Source: Neoechinorhynchus agilis
Taxonomy: Eukaryota; Animalia; Acanthocephala
DNA: 64,000 nucleotides
NCBI GenBank assembly: GCA_051530055.1
Contig: CM121341.1
Location: 3,276,151 to 3,340,150, forward strand
Reading direction: 5' to 3'
Positions 60,901 through 64,000 of this stretch are shown here, piece after piece. A model generated the notes under the pieces. It was not told where the DNA came from. It ran no database searches and saw only the letters and a program-made list of their open reading frames with translations. How positions within the stretch are numbered: position 1 is the first letter of the stretch; each line of letters starts with the position of its first letter. The translations under genes were made by a program, and so were the position numbers.

Positions 60901-61439
60901 GATGCATCTTCGGTGCAATGGACCACCAAGATGTTCCCCCGTCATGATCTCAATTCGTTAACATAAATTCAATTTCCTGAGCACAAAAGTAGATAAGTGA
61001 ATTCGATCAACATTCGAAGATTTCAAAAAAAGAACACGAGAATTTAAAATAAAGGGCCCAAATAAATTTCCGACATATTAAGAATTCTAGCTGTGGTACT
61101 TCGAAGTAATAAAGCAAATTTCTCATTATCAAGTAAGGGAGTTATTGATCGATTCAATCGTAATGAACTCTTTATCATAATCTCAAACATTTTTAAAGAC
61201 CTGGTATTATCGGCTAAACGAATGTGAATTGCTATGCATTAAAATAAACGATTTAATCTAATTTTATTTATAGTGCGACCTTAAGGATATGCAGGAATAA
61301 ATTTTATTTTTAAACAGTTAAAGATAAAATCCATGAGTATATGGCGGTGGGGAAAAAATTTATATCAAAGAATTACTTTAATTGAAATATTTCGTCCAAT
61401 CACGCTGAACTTTTTCAGTCAATTATTGTTCGTAAGACA

Positions 61440-62621
61440 ATCTTTATTGTAGAGAAAATGCAACGTGGGAACATTTCTTTCCTTCCACTTTGCGTTGATT
61501 TTTCGAAAGAAGGTTTTAAAAGCCAATAAATCTGTTAGAAATCGGTCACTAATTCTTTTTTTAACTAACTTTTCTTACAATAATAAAGTAAAAAACGTGC
61601 AATCACCACCGTCCACAAAATTGGAGCTTCTCTCCTTCCTCGGCTGTCGCTATCACGCTAGCAGCATTGCCTCGTTGTACTCCGAGCGATATATTTTGTC
61701 GCAGGAATACACCTGCTCGTTCGTCGCCGGTCGTTTCTCTCAATTTCTTCGAGAGATCCTGGAGCAGAGTGCCTAGCTGCCAAGCGCTCCATACGTCTCT
61801 ACCCCAAAGGGGACAAAATAGTGAGCCCTCGATAAGTGAAGATATTTCCGTATTTTCCTCCCTTCCGCCGCACTGGCTGCAGCTCCAGCGATTTCGAGAG
61901 AATAGGGAATGTTGCTTACTGCGAGGGACGTGGCGTCCCAGAGAAGGCATTTGCCCTTGGACGAAATATTTCAATTAAAGTGATTCTTGGATATATAATT
62001 TTTCCCCACCGCCACATATTTTTAAACAGTCTAGAGTTGATGTGCAAAGTCGTTTTCATAATTTAAATGGGGTGTTCACTTTCAAATAATAATTTAAATT
62101 TTTTAAGAATGTGGCGGGAGAGCAAATGCCTTCGCTGGGACCTCGCACAACATTCCCTACTCTCTCGAAATCGCCGGCGGTGCCGCCAGTGCAGCGGAAG
62201 GGAGGAAAATACGGAAATATCTTCACTTATCGAGGGCTCACTATTTTGTCCCCTTCGGAGTAGAGACGTTTGGAACGCTTGGCAGCTAGGCACTCTGCTC
62301 CAGGATCTCTCGAAGAAATTGAAAGAAACGACCGGCGACGCACGAGCAGGTGTATTCCTGCGACAAAATATCTCGCTTGCAGTACAACGATTCAATGCTG
62401 CCAGCGTGATGACGACAGCCGAGGAAGGAGGGAAGCTCCAATTTTGCGGACGGTGGTGATTGCACGTTTTTTTACTTTATTATTGTAAGAAAAGTTAGTT
62501 AAAAAAAGAATTAGTGACCGATTTCTAACAGATTTATTGGCTTTTAAAACCTTCTTTCGAAAAATCAACGCAAAGTGGAAGGAAAGAAATGTTCCCACGT
62601 TGCATTTTCTCTACAATAAAG
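61440..62621. repeat. Large inverted duplication (arms of about 500 bp, spacer of about 160 bp) of a CRE-like LINE 3' end plus flank
   Basis: tctttattgtagagaaaatgcaacgtggg (61441) mirrors cccacgttgcattttctctacaataaaga (62621); the ORF track shows mirrored ORFs (ISLGVQRGNAASV / ISLAVQRFNAASV). Confidence 0.9.
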
Positions 62622-62858
62622 ATTGTTTGAAGAATAGAAATCGTTTTAGTAAAAGCTGTTTTTTAGGAAACGAACAACAGCAAAAGGTTGAATTTAAGAG
62701 CTTAGAAGTGTTAAATTAGGATGAAAAAGATATTAACCCCGGAATCAACCGTAATTAAAGACTAAAATAGTTCATTCGGTCGATAGAATCGAAAATTAAT
62801 ATTTGAACGTCTTAGAATTATCAGCATATTTACGGATCCAATGAGAGTTTTTCTTTAG

Positions 62859-63721
62859 ATGGCGATTCGTCACAAATGTAACCAATGTAATCGATTATTT
62901 TTGCGTCCTAAAAAACTTGCTGATCACGTAAAGATAATCCACAACAAAGAACAAATCCATCGATGTGTTGAGTGTGGAAAACCGTTCACTACTTGCTACC
63001 ATCTTCGTCGCCACAATGAAAACGTCCATAAAAAGAGCCAAGTTTCACAAGTTGCAATCGAGTGTCCGCAGTGTAACAAAGTTTACTCTTCATCGAGTGC
63101 TTTGAACAAGCACTTGAACAATGTATGTTCAAAATACAAATGCAATGAAGATCCATTCTGTAATGAGTCTTTCTCAAAAAAGACTCAACTGAAGAAACAT
63201 CTTGAGCTTGTCCATAACATAAGTCCGGATCTTCTCCACCGATGCCAAGAATGCGGAAAACGTTTCCCGTATCTCAGTAAGCTTAAAAGACACGAGAAAG
63301 TAAACTAAGGTTTATTTCGCCCAAGATCTTGATGGCGGAATAAATCTTGGGTTTTGTTGTCCACAACGGGTACGTTTGTGACCATTGTAACTGTGTTTTC
63401 CCATGTTTTTCACAACTGAGGGATCATCGATCGGATCAACATAAACGGTACAAATGCCGTTTTTGTCAAAAGTCCTCATTTGAAGATGCAATTGACCTTG
63501 CCAATCACATTAAGCACGAATGCGAATCGCGACCGAGGTTTACTTGTGAACTATGCAATCGAGTGTTTCGCTATAAGCGAAATCTGAAATCTCACATACG
63601 AGCGAATCACTCTGAGATTGAATTTCTCTGTTCGGCTTGTTCAGGAAAATTTAGATATGCTTCCACTTTGAAGCGCCATAAGCAGAAACATTGCCCTTGT
63701 CAAAGAATGAAAGATCCTTGA
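62859..63721 (+). CDS. GTF3A: TFIIIA-like nine C2H2 zinc-finger protein interrupted by a 59-nt hairpin insertion
   Basis: Nine fingers after joining 62859-63299 to 63359-63721 (267 aa); finger 4 CNEDPFC..SFSKKTQLKKH, finger 5-6 junction LKRHEKVHNGYVC (Xenopus TFIIIA LKRHEKVHAGYPC as recalled), finger 8 NLKSHI. Confidence 0.8.
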
Positions 63722-63800
63722 TTGATCTCTGATGATGGGACGAAAAATAGTTAATTAGTAAGACAGAAGGTTTCCGTGGTTGAAACAAATGTTGGTTTTT

Positions 63801-63837
63801 GATCAATATTTCGGAGTTTTACTCCTTCTTCAGGGTC
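63801..63837 (-). ncRNA. Minimal hammerhead ribozyme motif, family E
   Basis: GACC-CUGAAGA-A-GGAGU-AAA-ACUCC-GAA-AUAU-U-GAUC: intact core and 5-bp stem II; one mismatch in stem I. Confidence 0.6.
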
Positions 63838-63859
63838 CAATGAAGCACACGCAAGTAAT

Positions 63860-64000
63860 AATCGACAGAGAAAATCCTCTAGGGCAAATCAAAGTATACT
63901 TTTGGTGAAAATAATCCCTTGGCGTGGCATATATTTGATTTATTTGAGATATTTCGCGAGGTAACCTCGCCTCATCAGTCATCTAAAAATTTGTTTTTCA
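63860..64000 (-). mobile_element. Penelope-like element end (family A), truncated by the window edge
   Basis: Matches 31100-31200 and the reverse complement of 31440-31500; contains the family A hammerhead at 63945-63981. Confidence 0.8.
63945..63981 (-). ncRNA. Minimal hammerhead ribozyme motif, family A
   Basis: Identical to 884-920. Confidence 0.75.

Noticed and set aside
1-64000. tRNA, rRNA, snRNA or spliced-leader genes
   Set aside because: None recognised by eye; a covariance-model scan would be needed to exclude them.

Overview
AT-rich eukaryotic DNA, most likely from a compact-genome animal (metazoan-type OGT, fringe, forkhead and proprotein convertase genes, and GT-AG introns of about 42-58 nt). 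Host genes: OGT, a divergent actin, two forkhead paralogues, a furin/PC-type convertase, TMEM14, a fringe glycosyltransferase, a LENG8/THP3-like SAC3 gene, TMEM209, an unknown spliced gene and a nine-finger TFIIIA. They sit among decayed retroelements (CRE-like RLE LINEs, CR1/L2-group LINEs, RTE, Penelope-like GIY-YIG elements), a Helitron remnant, palindromic MITE-like elements, three local segmental duplications and a ~447-bp tandem array. Top observation: TFIIIA and fringe are each broken by a 46-59 nt, stop-containing, frame-shifting hairpin insertion that cannot be removed by GT-AG splicing. Exact removal restores a conserved motif in both genes, so these are candidate non-canonical hairpin introns or translational bypass elements. 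Second: several families of minimal hammerhead-ribozyme motifs occur next to GIY-YIG ORF ends and inside palindromic elements. All alignments and counts were done by eye; no database searches were run.
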